From: a bacterium
GTDB taxonomy: Bacteria; UBA8248; JACPRG01; G963555815
Direction of reading: 5' to 3'
DNA length: 64,000 nucleotides
Assembly: GCA_965218795.1 (NCBI GenBank)
Contig: OZ244653.1
Span: 5,110,046 to 5,174,045 of the forward strand
Each line of letters starts with the position of its first letter. The stretch's first letter is position 1. The notes under the pieces are model-generated. The model saw nothing but the letters and a program-made list of their open reading frames with translations, was not told the DNA's origin and ran no database searches. A program made the translations under genes and the position numbers. Shown in pieces: positions 8,810 through 18,947 of this stretch.

Positions 8810-10510
8810 TCACCGCAATCTCGGGAGCTTGCTTCCGAGCCCTTTCCAATCAGGATAAGCATCGTCGTGGGCGGCCTTTACGTCCAGAATGCACGGGCGA
8901 CCCGAAGCCAGCGCCCTCTTGAAAGCCGGGACGACCTGCCGGGGGGATTCCGCACGTAATCCCAGCCCGCCCATGGCTTCCGCCAGGGCGGCGAAATCCT
9001 GGACGGGCGTCTTGTCCTCGAACGTCCGTCCGAAACCTTCGAGCTGAAACTGATGCACCATGCCGAAGTGGGCGTCGTTCATCACGACCAGAACCACTCC
9101 CAAATCGTGGCGGACGAGAGTCGGGAAATCCGATAAGGACATCCACAGGCTTCCGTCACCTATGATTGCGGCGACGGGAAGCCCGGGATGGCAGTATTTG
9201 GCCGCCGCCGCTCCCGGCAGGGCAAATCCCATTCCGCTCCAGACGCCCGAATGCTGGAAGTAGTTTGCATGCGGCGAAGGCGTCAGTTTCCAGGCCCAGT
9301 AGCTGGCGTGGCACACGTCACAGACAAGAATTCCTTCCTCCGGCAGGGTTTTCAGAATCTCGTTGATCGCCCATCCCTGGTGGATACGCCCGCGAGGTCT
9401 GCGTGAGCCGACCCTTGCCTGATTCAGAAGATACCGAAGGACGGCTTGGCGGCCTTTGCCGACAACCTCTTCCGTCCATCGCGAGGCTCCTCCGCTCTTT
9501 ATCTTGACCGACTCCAGGAGACTCGCAAGCCCTCGCCCGAGATGCCCGTTTTCCGAAATCCGGGCGTCCGCCAGCCGTTGCGCTTTCACGTCGGTCCCGA
9601 TGAAGTATTTGACCGAGTCCTGCGAGACGGACACAATCTGATGCCAGAAGGCGCTCTCCGCGCGAAGGCCCGCGGCCAGCACCGCGTCCGCAGACCCGAG
9701 GACGGATTTTACCCAGGGATCCGTGCTCCAGAAGCAGAGGTACCCCGCGTACCAGGGGTTTCGTGAGGGCACGACACCCAGGGCATCCCGGGTCGCCACG
9801 ACCGGCGCCCGCAGGGAATTCGCCAGAGCAGCCAGCTCATCTCCCGCGTCGTCGCGCAACACTCCCTTTCCCGCGACGATGACGGGGCGGCGGGACCGAA
9901 GAAGGCCGTGCGCAATGCTTTTCAGGTTCTCCGGATCCGGTCTTTGGGGTCGGACCGGACGGGGAGAGTACGGGGGCAGGGGGCCACGGGGGAGCCTCAG
10001 GACGTCCAGGGGGGCCTCGATGGAGACGGGACCGGGCCTCCCCGAGCGCGCCTCATGAAAAGCCCGCCGCAGAACGGTGCCGACGCTTTCCATCGAATCG
10101 ATTCGGGCGCTCCACTTCGTCACGTCCCGAAAGGTCCGCATGAGAAAATCCGGACGGTCGACGCCGTGGAAGACCTCCCGGGGCGCATTCCGTGGAACCG
10201 AACCGGAGATCTGAACGACCGGCGAGGTTGCGTCGTAAGCCTGAGCCAGAGCGGTCACCGTGTTCGTGGCGCCGGGGCCTCCCGTCACCAGACAAACGCC
10301 GGGCCTGCCCGTCAGGCGTCCATACATATCGGCCATTTGGGCGGCCGTCGCTTCATGGAGAACCCCCACGTGCCGGATGGGAGATTCCCGGAGGGCGTCA
10401 TAAATGGCGAAGACGTGCGTTCCTGGAAGGCCGAAGACCGTTTCTACCCCTTCGGCCTGCAGAGCCTTGATGATCGCCTGACCGACGTTGAGTCTTTGAA
10501 AAGGGGTCAT
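8810..10510 (-). CDS. Thiamine diphosphate-dependent enzyme (acetolactate synthase large-subunit family)
   Basis: FGLPG, HE, GPGATN, GMGFALP, GDG...ND ThDP motif. Real start is MTPFQ at 10510. Confidence 0.9.
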   Translation of the reverse strand: MTPFQRLNVGQAIIKALQAEGVETVFGLPGTHVFAIYDALRESPIRHVGVLHEATAAQMADMYGRLTGRPGVCLVTGGPGATNTVTALAQAYDATSPVVQISGSVPRNAPREVFHGVDRPDFLMRTFRDVTKWSARIDSMESVGTVLRRAFHEARSGRPGPVSIEAPLDVLRLPRGPLPPYSPRPVRPQRPDPENLKSIAHGLLRSRRPVIVAGKGVLRDDAGDELAALANSLRAPVVATRDALGVVPSRNPWYAGYLCFWSTDPWVKSVLGSADAVLAAGLRAESAFWHQIVSVSQDSVKYFIGTDVKAQRLADARISENGHLGRGLASLLESVKIKSGGASRWTEEVVGKGRQAVLRYLLNQARVGSRRPRGRIHQGWAINEILKTLPEEGILVCDVCHASYWAWKLTPSPHANYFQHSGVWSGMGFALPGAAAAKYCHPGLPVAAIIGDGSLWMSLSDFPTLVRHDLGVVLVVMNDAHFGMVHQFQLEGFGRTFEDKTPVQDFAALAEAMGGLGLRAESPRQVVPAFKRALASGRPCILDVKAAHDDAYPDWKGLGSKLPRLR

Positions 10511-10548
10511 TTGGAATCCCGGAATGCGTTGTGTTCTTGGGTCAATCG

Positions 10549-11517
10549 CTATGGGAGCTTGGGGAAGATTTTTCTGGCGTTCTGATGAAATACGCCTTCC
10601 TTGACATCCCGGGCCCAATCCATATTTTCGAGAAGCTGGATGGGCGGGGTCATGGATTTGTAGAAGGGGTAGTCCGTTCCGAAAAGAAATCGCCCGCTGC
10701 CCACCACCTCTTCCGCACAGCGGAGGCTGGCCGGCTGGAAGCCCAGACAATCGTAAAAGAGGCGCTCCAGGTAGTAGGACGGGGGGTGGGGGAGGGCATC
10801 GTACGGTCCGCCTCGCGCCTGGGAAGCCTCCCACCGGCCCGCCAGATAAGGGACCGTCGCCCCCATATGCGGTATGACCCAGGGAAAATCCGGAAACCGC
10901 TCCAGGACCCCTTTGAACAACAGGCGCGCCACGGCGGCTGTCGTGTCAAACATGAACCCGACAGCCGAGATGAGGAAGAAATCCCCGAGCATTTCGGCCC
11001 CCTCCGGGACCATGGGATGGATGAGAACCGGAAGACGAAGCCGGTTCAACTCCTCGTAAACCGGCCAAAACGCTTCATCATCGAGTGAGCGGCCCGCCAC
11101 GTTAGCACCCACCGTCATCCCCCACATGTCCAGGTCCTCGACGCACCGGCGAAGCTCAGCAAGCGACGCGTCGGGTCCGCCCGTCAGAGGAAGGCAGCAG
11201 AGCCCGCCAAAGCGGTCCGAGTGTTGATGGCAGGCCTCGGCAATGGCGTCGTTGGAGATTCGGGCCATCGCGGTCGCCGCTTCGGCGTCATTGAAATAAA
11301 CCATCGGACCCACCATCGAGAGGATCTGACAGTCCACCCCTTCTTCGTCCATCTTCTCGAGACGCCCCTCCAGCGACCACATCGTGGGATCCGGGAGCAG
11401 CCGGGTCTGCATGTGCCTCCGCCAGAAAGGATCACGCTCCGGGCGGGCCGTGGCGAATTCAACCGCCCGTTCAAGATACTCACGCGAAAAGAAGTGCCCG
11501 TGCACGTCCACTCTCAT
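10549..11517 (-). CDS. Amidohydrolase_2 family (ACMSD-like decarboxylase/hydratase)
   Basis: DVHGH, LIHP, PHMG, FGTDYPF. Confidence 0.9.
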   Translation of the reverse strand: MRVDVHGHFFSREYLERAVEFATARPERDPFWRRHMQTRLLPDPTMWSLEGRLEKMDEEGVDCQILSMVGPMVYFNDAEAATAMARISNDAIAEACHQHSDRFGGLCCLPLTGGPDASLAELRRCVEDLDMWGMTVGANVAGRSLDDEAFWPVYEELNRLRLPVLIHPMVPEGAEMLGDFFLISAVGFMFDTTAAVARLLFKGVLERFPDFPWVIPHMGATVPYLAGRWEASQARGGPYDALPHPPSYYLERLFYDCLGFQPASLRCAEEVVGSGRFLFGTDYPFYKSMTPPIQLLENMDWARDVKEGVFHQNARKIFPKLP

Positions 11518-12545
11518 GGGTGGGAACTCTCTTGATCGGGAAATTCCGGAATCACCTCGTCGGCAAACAACCGGAGCGACCGCGCGACCTTCTCCGGGTC
11601 CGTACCCGGAAATTGCATCCGGACGACGAGATGCGTATGCCCCAGGACCTCCTTCTGTTCCTGAATTCTCTTGACCACGGTATCTGGCGAGCCGATGAGA
11701 AAGCGGTTTTTCAGATGGTCGAGCGAGCGCTCCGCGGGCGGGATTTCATGTCCGTCGTCATCCGTCAGATGCCCCCACTTCATGTACTCTCCATAGAGGT
11801 ACAGTACGCCGTCCCGCGCCGCGGCCCACGCTTCTTCGTCGGTATCAGCCACCAAGGCTTCCCTGCGGAGGATGATGTCAGGTTCGATACGCTCTTTACC
11901 GGCTTCCGACCAGGCGGCCCGGAAGACGGGCGCCCGTTTCGCGATGACGCCGAACGCCGTGACCGGGTCGATATACCAGCCATCAGAGAGACGCGCCGCC
12001 CGACGGATGGCTTTGGGCGCCTTGGCCGCGGTCCAAAAGGGGGGTCTCGGCTGCTGGACCGGCCGGGGCATCAGCGTCACCTCCCGCATCGGGAAAAAAT
12101 CTCCGTCGAAGTGGATCTTCCGTTCGCTGAGCAGCAGGTGAAGGAGTTTCAGGGATTCCTCCATGCGGCCCCCGCGTTCCTTGATAGGGACGTGGAACAC
12201 CGCAAACTCTTCCGGCCGGTAGCCCAACCCGAACCCCAGCGTCAGGCGGCCGCCCGACAGGTTGTCCACCACTGCGGCCGCTTCCGCGACGGCCATGGGT
12301 TGATAGAGCGGGAGGAGCAGGATGCCCGTGGCCAGTCGAATGCGGGTGGTCCTGGCGGCGAATGCGGCGAGCACGGTCAGCGGGGCCGGAAAGTACCCGT
12401 TGTCTTCGACGAGATGGTGTTCACTGACGAGGGCGTAATGAAAACCGACTTCGTCCGCCAGCTCGACCTGGTCCAGAATCGTACGGCAGATCTGCGTCCA
12501 CTCACCGGTGAGAGACTGGATGCTGTACGTGATCCCGAACTGCAT
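11514..12545 (-). CDS. Luciferase-like (LLM) flavin-dependent oxidoreductase
   Basis: SEHH, RIRLATG, DNLSGGRL.LG.G.GY...EF, GSPD.V. Confidence 0.92.
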   Translation of the reverse strand: MQFGITYSIQSLTGEWTQICRTILDQVELADEVGFHYALVSEHHLVEDNGYFPAPLTVLAAFAARTTRIRLATGILLLPLYQPMAVAEAAAVVDNLSGGRLTLGFGLGYRPEEFAVFHVPIKERGGRMEESLKLLHLLLSERKIHFDGDFFPMREVTLMPRPVQQPRPPFWTAAKAPKAIRRAARLSDGWYIDPVTAFGVIAKRAPVFRAAWSEAGKERIEPDIILRREALVADTDEEAWAAARDGVLYLYGEYMKWGHLTDDDGHEIPPAERSLDHLKNRFLIGSPDTVVKRIQEQKEVLGHTHLVVRMQFPGTDPEKVARSLRLFADEVIPEFPDQESSHP

Positions 12546-12569
12546 GATTGCGCCTCCCTCGGTGGCCGG

Positions 12570-13505
12570 TCAGGATGAGGAGGGTGGCGGGGCCAGCTCA
12601 GTCCGCTTCCCCGCCTTGAGAACGTGACTCGGAAGGTCGTGGTTCACGAGCCCGCTCGCAAAACGGGCGCATTCCAAAAGCCTCTCGAGGTCGATGCCCG
12701 TCCGCACGCCCATCTCCTCCAGCATGTAGACCAGATCTTCCGTTGCGATATTCCCCGTCGCTCCCGGCGCATAGGGGCAGCCGCCGAGACCGCCGACGGA
12801 GGAATCGTAATGCCGGACCCCCGCCTCCAGACCCGCCAGGACATTCGCGAGGCCGGTCCCCCGGGTGTCGTGGAAGTGAAGGGTCAGCGCGACGTCGGGG
12901 AACTCCCTCGGAATGGCCCGGACCATCCGGCCCACCCGGACCGGGTTGCCCATGCCGGTCGTGTCTCCCAGCAGAATCTCCCGGATCCCCAGTTCGTAGT
13001 AACCGCGGATGACCCGAAAGACTTGATCGATGAGCACCTCGCCTTCGTAAGGACAACCAAAGGCCACGGCCACGGACCCTTTGAGCGAAACCCCGGCCGC
13101 GGTCGCAACGTCGACGACGCCCTGGATTTGATGGAGCGAGTCCGCGATGGACATGCGGACGTTGGATTGGTTGTGCGTTTCCGTGGCCGAAATGAAAATG
13201 CCGATCTTGTCGACCCCCGCCTGCACGGCCCGCTCGGCCCCCTTCGCATTGGGGACGATACACTCGTACCGAACCCCCGTGACGCGATCCAGACCGGCCA
13301 TCACCTGCTCCGCGTCGCGCAGTTGAGGGATGGCCTTTGGATGGACGAAAGAGGTCGCCTCGATTCGCTGGAAGCCGCAACGCGACAACCGGTCGATCAA
13401 CCGAACCTTGTCTTCCGTCTCGACCCATCCGTCTTCGGCTTGGAGCCCGTCGCGGGGACCGACCTCTCGGACGAATACCTCCGCGGGCAGGGTGACGTTC
13501 GCCGT
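12570..13505 (-). CDS. HMG-CoA lyase family; probable ACG start
   Basis: EVGPRDGLQ lies upstream of the track's TTG. Also HFHDTRG and GGCPYAPGATGN. GGAAGGAG RBS precedes ACG at 13505. Confidence 0.9.
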   Translation of the reverse strand, partial: TANVTLPAEVFVREVGPRDGLQAEDGWVETEDKVRLIDRLSRCGFQRIEATSFVHPKAIPQLRDAEQVMAGLDRVTGVRYECIVPNAKGAERAVQAGVDKIGIFISATETHNQSNVRMSIADSLHQIQGVVDVATAAGVSLKGSVAVAFGCPYEGEVLIDQVFRVIRGYYELGIREILLGDTTGMGNPVRVGRMVRAIPREFPDVALTLHFHDTRGTGLANVLAGLEAGVRHYDSSVGGLGGCPYAPGATGNIATEDLVYMLEEMGVRTGIDLERLLECARFASGLVNHDLPSHVLKAGKRTELAPPPSSS

Positions 13506-13572
13506 GTCCTGTCTCCTTCCGTTCGGAATGTTGATGAAACCAAGGTTGGTTTACCCTTTGTCGGCTTGGGGT

Positions 13573-14349
13573 TCACTGACCTCGGAAGCTCGGCTTCCGC
13601 TTCTCCGCGAAGGCCCGCAGGCCCTCGTTCCGGTCTTCCGTGGCGAGGGTCACGTTATACCCGTCACGCTCGAGTTTCAAACCGCTTTCCAGATCGATGT
13701 CCATCCCGGTATCGATGGCCCGCTTCGCCTCCCGAAGGGAAATGGGCGCGTTGGCCGCAATCGCCCGAATGGTTGTTTCCACTTCTTCATCCAACCGATC
13801 GGCCGGGACGCTCTTGAGCGCAAGGCCCATGCGCTCGGCTTCCGCCGCATCGATCCGCCGGGCCGTGAAGATCATCTCCTTCGCCCTGGCGCGTCCGACG
13901 GTCCGCGGAAGAAGCTGGGTCCCCCCTCCGCCCGGAATAATCCCAAGCGCGGTTTCCGTCAAGCCGAAGACAGCGCTATCGGCGGCGATGATAAAGTCGC
14001 AGTTCAGAGCGAATTCCATTCCCCCGCCCAGGGCATACCCCCGCACGGCCGCGATAATCGGCTTCGGAAAGAAGGTGACAAGAGCGTGCGCCTCCTCCAG
14101 CATCGACCGGAGGGCCCGGACCTTCTCCATCGGCAGGGTTTTTCGCTCTTTCAGGTCGGCGCCCGCGCAGAAGGCCCGATCGCCTGCGCTCCGTAAAACG
14201 GCCGCCCATACCCCTTCCTCCCCCGGCAGCCTTCGGAAGACATCGATGATCTCCTCCACCATGTCCCAGTTGTAAGCGTTCAGGACCTCGGGCCGGTTGA
14301 GCGTGACGTAGGCAACATGCTCTCGCGTCTCGACTTCCACGTGACTCAT
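13573..14349 (-). CDS. Enoyl-CoA hydratase/isomerase
   Basis: LNRPE..NA, FCAGADLK, GGG.E, E..LGIIPGGGGT. Confidence 0.93.
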   Translation of the reverse strand: MSHVEVETREHVAYVTLNRPEVLNAYNWDMVEEIIDVFRRLPGEEGVWAAVLRSAGDRAFCAGADLKERKTLPMEKVRALRSMLEEAHALVTFFPKPIIAAVRGYALGGGMEFALNCDFIIAADSAVFGLTETALGIIPGGGGTQLLPRTVGRARAKEMIFTARRIDAAEAERMGLALKSVPADRLDEEVETTIRAIAANAPISLREAKRAIDTGMDIDLESGLKLERDGYNVTLATEDRNEGLRAFAEKRKPSFRGQ

Positions 14350-15761
14350 CGTCGGGGCGCCATCGTTCCCCGGTTCCCTCTTTTTGAGAACCGTCTCAGG
14401 TATCGGCCGCGGTGATCGGTTTCCGTGAGCCTTCCGTTCTCCTGGATCACCTCGCCGCCTGCAATCGTGATGACCGGCCAGCCGCGGCTGACGAATCCTT
14501 CGTAGGGCGTGTAATCGGCATGGGAATTCAGCATCTCCGTCGAGACCCGAACCCTTCTTTTGAGGTCAAGCACCATCAGGTCGGCATCAGAGCCCTGCCG
14601 AATGATTCCCTTCCGCGGGTACAGTCCGTAGGTCCGCGCGGTGTTGCAGGAGGTCACCTCCGCCATCCGGGGAAGCGAGAGGCGGCCTTTGGCGACCCCT
14701 TCGGTGAGCAGGATGGGAACGGTCATTCCGACGCCCGGCAGGCCGGGCCGTGCGGTCCAGAGGTCATGGCCCTTCACTTCCATTTTGAAGCTGCAGTGGT
14801 CCGAACCCAAAAAGTCGACGGAACCCGAGGCAAGGCCTTTCCATAATTCCCGGATGTCCCGCTGCTCCCGGAGAGGCGGATTGACCTTTCCGTCTGATCC
14901 GGCCAATCGGTCCTTGGTGAGATAGAGGTAGTGACCGCACGTCTCCACGGCAACGCCTCCCGCCTTGAGAAGCCGGGACCGCCGGTGGTGCTCGACGATG
15001 GGGACGCCCGATCCAATGCTCATGTGTGGGATGGTGATCGAAACTCCCAAGTGCTCGGAAAAGAGAAGGACGCGCTGGATCCCGTCCTCCTCGGCCAGCC
15101 GGGGCCGCGAGTCGTGCCAAGCCTCTCCGTCGGTGCGGCCGGCGGCCTCCAGTTCCTCCCGGACGACTTCGATCACTTCCATGTTCTCGGGATGGATCAC
15201 CACGCGCGCGCCCGGGATGCGAGCCACCTCGCGCAGTCCGCGATACAGAAATCCATCCCCGACCCCCTGGAGGTAGGTGGCGTCCTTTCCCTTGTAGGCC
15301 ATGAAGAACTTGAAAGAGGAAATGTCGAATTCCTTCGCGCAGGCGGGGATTTCGGAAAGGTGCTCCTCGCTCATGATGACGGCGTGGATGCCGATGTCGA
15401 TCCGGGAATTGTCTTCAATCTCACGGATGCGTTGGGGAATGATGACGCGATTGGAGCCCGGCTCAATGAGAAAAACGATCAGGGACGTGACTCCGCCCGT
15501 CGCGGCGGCCCCGGATTCGGTGCGGCAATCGTCCGCGAAGGACTGCCCGTAACGCCCCATGTGGACGTGGGCGTCGATCATCCCCGGCAGGATGAGTTTT
15601 CCCCGGCAGTCGATTCGGCGCCGGGCCTTCAGGTGGGAGGAATCGGCCAGCAGCGCGGCGATTCGGCCGTTCCGGATGGCCACGTCTTCCCGGTACACAC
15701 CGTCGGGACGGACGGTCTGCCCCCGGGTCAGAACGAGGTCGTAGGTCACGGGCCGGGTCAT
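14346..15761 (-). CDS. Cyclic amidohydrolase (dihydropyrimidinase/hydantoinase/allantoinase family) 1
   Basis: PGMIDAHVH, SFK.FMAY, HPEN, KVNPPLR, GSDHC, GSDAD. Confidence 0.9.
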   Translation of the reverse strand: MTRPVTYDLVLTRGQTVRPDGVYREDVAIRNGRIAALLADSSHLKARRRIDCRGKLILPGMIDAHVHMGRYGQSFADDCRTESGAAATGGVTSLIVFLIEPGSNRVIIPQRIREIEDNSRIDIGIHAVIMSEEHLSEIPACAKEFDISSFKFFMAYKGKDATYLQGVGDGFLYRGLREVARIPGARVVIHPENMEVIEVVREELEAAGRTDGEAWHDSRPRLAEEDGIQRVLLFSEHLGVSITIPHMSIGSGVPIVEHHRRSRLLKAGGVAVETCGHYLYLTKDRLAGSDGKVNPPLREQRDIRELWKGLASGSVDFLGSDHCSFKMEVKGHDLWTARPGLPGVGMTVPILLTEGVAKGRLSLPRMAEVTSCNTARTYGLYPRKGIIRQGSDADLMVLDLKRRVRVSTEMLNSHADYTPYEGFVSRGWPVITIAGGEVIQENGRLTETDHRGRYLRRFSKRGNRGTMAPRR

Positions 15762-16957
15762 ATCACTCCCTCCCGCCGCAAGGTATCGACCTCCTCGGCC
15801 GAACGGCCGAGCAGACCCGTGAGGATCTCGGCGGTATGCTCCCCCAGTTCCGGGGGGGCCGATCGGATCCGGCTCGGGGTCTCGGAAATCTTATAAGGCC
15901 AGTCAATGGCGCGGATCGTGCCGATGGCAGGGTGGGGGATCTCCTTCACCATCTCCCGGGCGATGACCTGCGGATGGGAAAAGACCTGGTCGAGCGTCTG
16001 GACCGGCGCGCAGGGGACGCCCTCCTGTTCCAGCCTCTCCAGCCATTCCGCGGCGGGCCGCTTCAGGAGATGCTCCACGAGCATCGGCTCAAGGACCTTC
16101 CGGTGATCCACCCGCTTGCGCGTGCTGTTGAAGCGCTCGTCGGCGATGAGATCCTTGCGCTCGATGGCACGGCAGAACCCCGGCCAGTGGGCGTCGCTTG
16201 CAATGATCATGATGTAGCCGCCGTCCTTCGTCAGGTACCCGGAAGAGGGGACCCGCTGCGGGTCTCCGCTGCCCCAGCGTTTCGGGAGTTTTTCCTCATG
16301 GAGATACTCAAAGGCCTTCACGGCCAGAAAAGCGATCTGACTGTCCAGCATGGAGACATCGATATGCTGGCCCTTCGGCCCGTCCTTCGAAGTCCGTTCC
16401 CGGTGGAGCAGAGCGCCGGCAATGGAGAAGGCCGCGAACATCGCCCCCGCCAGATCCGCTGTGGCGACTCCCACGCGGACAGGGTGGCGGTCCGGCTCTC
16501 CGGTGAGGCTCATGATCCCCGACATCGCCTGGAGAATCGGATCATAGCCCCGCCGCCGGCCCAAAGGGCCCGTCTGACCGAAGGCGGAGACGGAACAGTA
16601 TACGAGGTCGGGATTGATCTTCGATACCGTTGGAAAATCAATCCCGAGGCGTTCTGTGACCCCCGGCGTAAAGTTCTCCAGCAGGACGTCGGAATGTTGG
16701 ATGATCTCCCGGGCGATCTCCTTGCCGCGCGGCTCCTTCAGGTTGATCGTCACCGAGCGTTTGCTCCGGTTGAAGCTCATGAAGTATCCGCTCTTTTCCT
16801 TGTAGAAAGGCGGCCAGAGCCGGGTTTCGTCCCCGTGGCCGGGGGCTTCGATCTTGATGACGTCCGCGCCGAGCTCGGCCAGCATCATGGAGCAGTACGG
16901 CCCGGCCCAAACGCGGGAAAAATCCGCAACGCGTATGCCTTCAAGTAGATCTGTAAT
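15758..16957 (-). CDS. CaiB/BaiF family III CoA-transferase; probable ATT start
   Basis: (ATT)TDLLEGIRVADFSRVWAGP lies upstream of the track's ATG at 16888. Also NRSKRS and ENFTPG. Confidence 0.9.
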   Translation of the reverse strand: MTDLLEGIRVADFSRVWAGPYCSMMLAELGADVIKIEAPGHGDETRLWPPFYKEKSGYFMSFNRSKRSVTINLKEPRGKEIAREIIQHSDVLLENFTPGVTERLGIDFPTVSKINPDLVYCSVSAFGQTGPLGRRRGYDPILQAMSGIMSLTGEPDRHPVRVGVATADLAGAMFAAFSIAGALLHRERTSKDGPKGQHIDVSMLDSQIAFLAVKAFEYLHEEKLPKRWGSGDPQRVPSSGYLTKDGGYIMIIASDAHWPGFCRAIERKDLIADERFNSTRKRVDHRKVLEPMLVEHLLKRPAAEWLERLEQEGVPCAPVQTLDQVFSHPQVIAREMVKEIPHPAIGTIRAIDWPYKISETPSRIRSAPPELGEHTAEILTGLLGRSAEEVDTLRREGVI

Positions 16958-17014
16958 GGCTCGTTCTCGGTGCGGGGCCGGCCTTCAGGGTCTCCGATGG
17001 AGTCCATCCATCCA

Positions 17015-18175
17015 TCAGCTGTTCGCCCAGGTGGCGCGGCCCTTTAACACTTCGTATGCGATCATGTTGCGGTGAAGCTGCGGCGGACCGCTTCCCAGGA
17101 CGATCCCCCGGGCGTCCCGGACGAACCGCTCCACCGGAAACTCCTTGTTGTAACCCCAGCCGCCGTGCATCTGAAGCGCCCAGTCCGTCACCTTCAAGGC
17201 CACCTCGTTGGCGAAGAGCTTTGCGCTGGAGGACTCAAACCGGGAGGGGAACCCCGCCGCACCGTTCATGGCGGCGCGGTAGGCGAGGAGCCGGGCGGCC
17301 TCAATCTGGGCCGCCATGTCGGAGATCATCCAGCGGATGCCCTGAAAGTCGGATACCGGGTGACCGTAAGGTTCGCGGACCTGGACGTATTCCACAGCGG
17401 CGTCAAAGGCCCCCTGGGCAATCCCCACCGAGATGGCGGCGTTCAGACAGCGTTGTCCGTTGAAGGCCGACATGATCTTGCGGAACCCGCCCTCCGGGAC
17501 GAGGATGTGCTCTTCGCCGATCGGGCAGTCATCGAAGATCACCTCCCGCGAAGGACAGCCCCGGAAGCCCATCATTTCCTCGGGTTTCCCGAAGGATAGC
17601 CCCGGCGTCCCTTCGTCCACCAAGACGCAGCCGATGCCGTCAAGCTCCGGCGTCCCGTTGAACCGGCTGAACACCATGTAGACCCCGCATTCGCCCGCCC
17701 GGCTGGTCATGGCCTTCCGGCCTTTGAGCTTTAATCCGCCGGGGGTTTCCGTCACATTGGTGGTAATGCGCGTTGTGGCGGAACCGGCGTCCGGCTCGGT
17801 GATCGAAATCCCGGTCAGTATCTCTCCCTTCGCGATGCGCGGCAGATACTTCTCCTGTTGGGCCTCGGTCCCGTAATGATTCAAGAGCTGGGTGCAGATT
17901 CCGAGCTCCGCCATGAGGACCATGGCCGTGCTGGGGCAGACGCGGGCGACCTCTTCGCAGACGAGGACGGCCTCGAAACCGCCCTGTCCCATGCCGCCGT
18001 ATTTTTCCGGAACCGTCAGCCCCATGATCCCAAGTTCCGCCGCTCGGCGGACCGTGTCCCATGGGATTTCAAGACGCTCGGACGTTTCAATCGCCTTGGG
18101 CTTGAGCTCCTTTTCGGCGAACTCGGCGATTGTTTTTCTCAGCAGACGGTGAGGTTCGTCCAGGCTGAAGTCCAT
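17015..18175 (-). CDS. Acyl-CoA dehydrogenase
   Basis: MDFSL, PEKYGG, ITEPDAGS, MGFRG, QMHGGWGY..E..VER..RD. Confidence 0.93.
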   Translation of the reverse strand: MDFSLDEPHRLLRKTIAEFAEKELKPKAIETSERLEIPWDTVRRAAELGIMGLTVPEKYGGMGQGGFEAVLVCEEVARVCPSTAMVLMAELGICTQLLNHYGTEAQQEKYLPRIAKGEILTGISITEPDAGSATTRITTNVTETPGGLKLKGRKAMTSRAGECGVYMVFSRFNGTPELDGIGCVLVDEGTPGLSFGKPEEMMGFRGCPSREVIFDDCPIGEEHILVPEGGFRKIMSAFNGQRCLNAAISVGIAQGAFDAAVEYVQVREPYGHPVSDFQGIRWMISDMAAQIEAARLLAYRAAMNGAAGFPSRFESSSAKLFANEVALKVTDWALQMHGGWGYNKEFPVERFVRDARGIVLGSGPPQLHRNMIAYEVLKGRATWANS

Positions 18176-18182
18176 GGCATTC

Positions 18183-18926
18183 TCATGACTCCCGCATCCG
18201 GGGCGCTTTCCGATGACGGGCGGAGCCTCCGGTTGCCGGACGGGTTGGGGGGAGCTGGACCGGACGGAGAGAGGACGCGCCTTCCTGCATCCGCTCCAGG
18301 ACGTTTTCCCTGTTCTTCTTCAGATGACGCTCGAGCGCGGCTTGCGCCCGGCCAAAGTTCTTCCCCTTCAGGGCCGACATCAGAGCCTCATGCTCTTCCA
18401 GCGCCTGGCGGCCGCGTGAGGGAGAGAGTCCGTTGATTCGCCGTTTCAGGTTGATCCGATCGAAGATCTGGCCGAGTTGATCCGTCAGGGTGAGGTTCCC
18501 GGTGAACCCGGCCAGCGTCACATGAAACTTCCGGTCGCACCGGAGGCGGTCCAAATCGCTGCCCAGTGCCACTGCCCTCCGGTAGTTGGATTGAGTCGAA
18601 TTCAGGGCTCGTATCCCTGTGCCGGGCAAGGGCTTTTTCAACCGCTTCAAAACATGGCACTCCAATGCTTCCCGGATTTCGAGGAGTTCTTCGACCTCCA
18701 GCCGGGTGGAGTCCGCCACGAAGTAGCCCCGGTTTTGGATGTGTTGTACGTACCCTTCCCGGGAAAGCTGGCTGAGGGCCTCCCGCAGGGGCGTGTGGCT
18801 GACGCCCAGACGCTCGGTCAGGGCTTGATGAGATAGCTTGTGGCCGGGCAAGAGCTCAGAGGTCAGGATGGCCTCCCGGAGACGATCGTAGACCTGCTGA
18901 CTCAAATCCCGGGTTCTTGCAGCCAT
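18183..18926 (-). CDS. GntR/FCD transcriptional regulator
   Basis: VY..LREAIL, LGVSHTPLREAL helix-turn-helix, FH..L and EH..L FCD domain. Start MAART. Confidence 0.92.
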   Translation of the reverse strand: MAARTRDLSQQVYDRLREAILTSELLPGHKLSHQALTERLGVSHTPLREALSQLSREGYVQHIQNRGYFVADSTRLEVEELLEIREALECHVLKRLKKPLPGTGIRALNSTQSNYRRAVALGSDLDRLRCDRKFHVTLAGFTGNLTLTDQLGQIFDRINLKRRINGLSPSRGRQALEEHEALMSALKGKNFGRAQAALERHLKKNRENVLERMQEGASSLRPVQLPPTRPATGGSARHRKAPRMRES

Positions 18927-18947
18927 CCGCTGAATCTTCTCCGTGAG

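Noticed and set aside
8810-10834. 674-aa ORF with a long N-terminal extension
   Set aside because: The extension overlaps the amidohydrolase gene in another frame. Homology begins at 10510.
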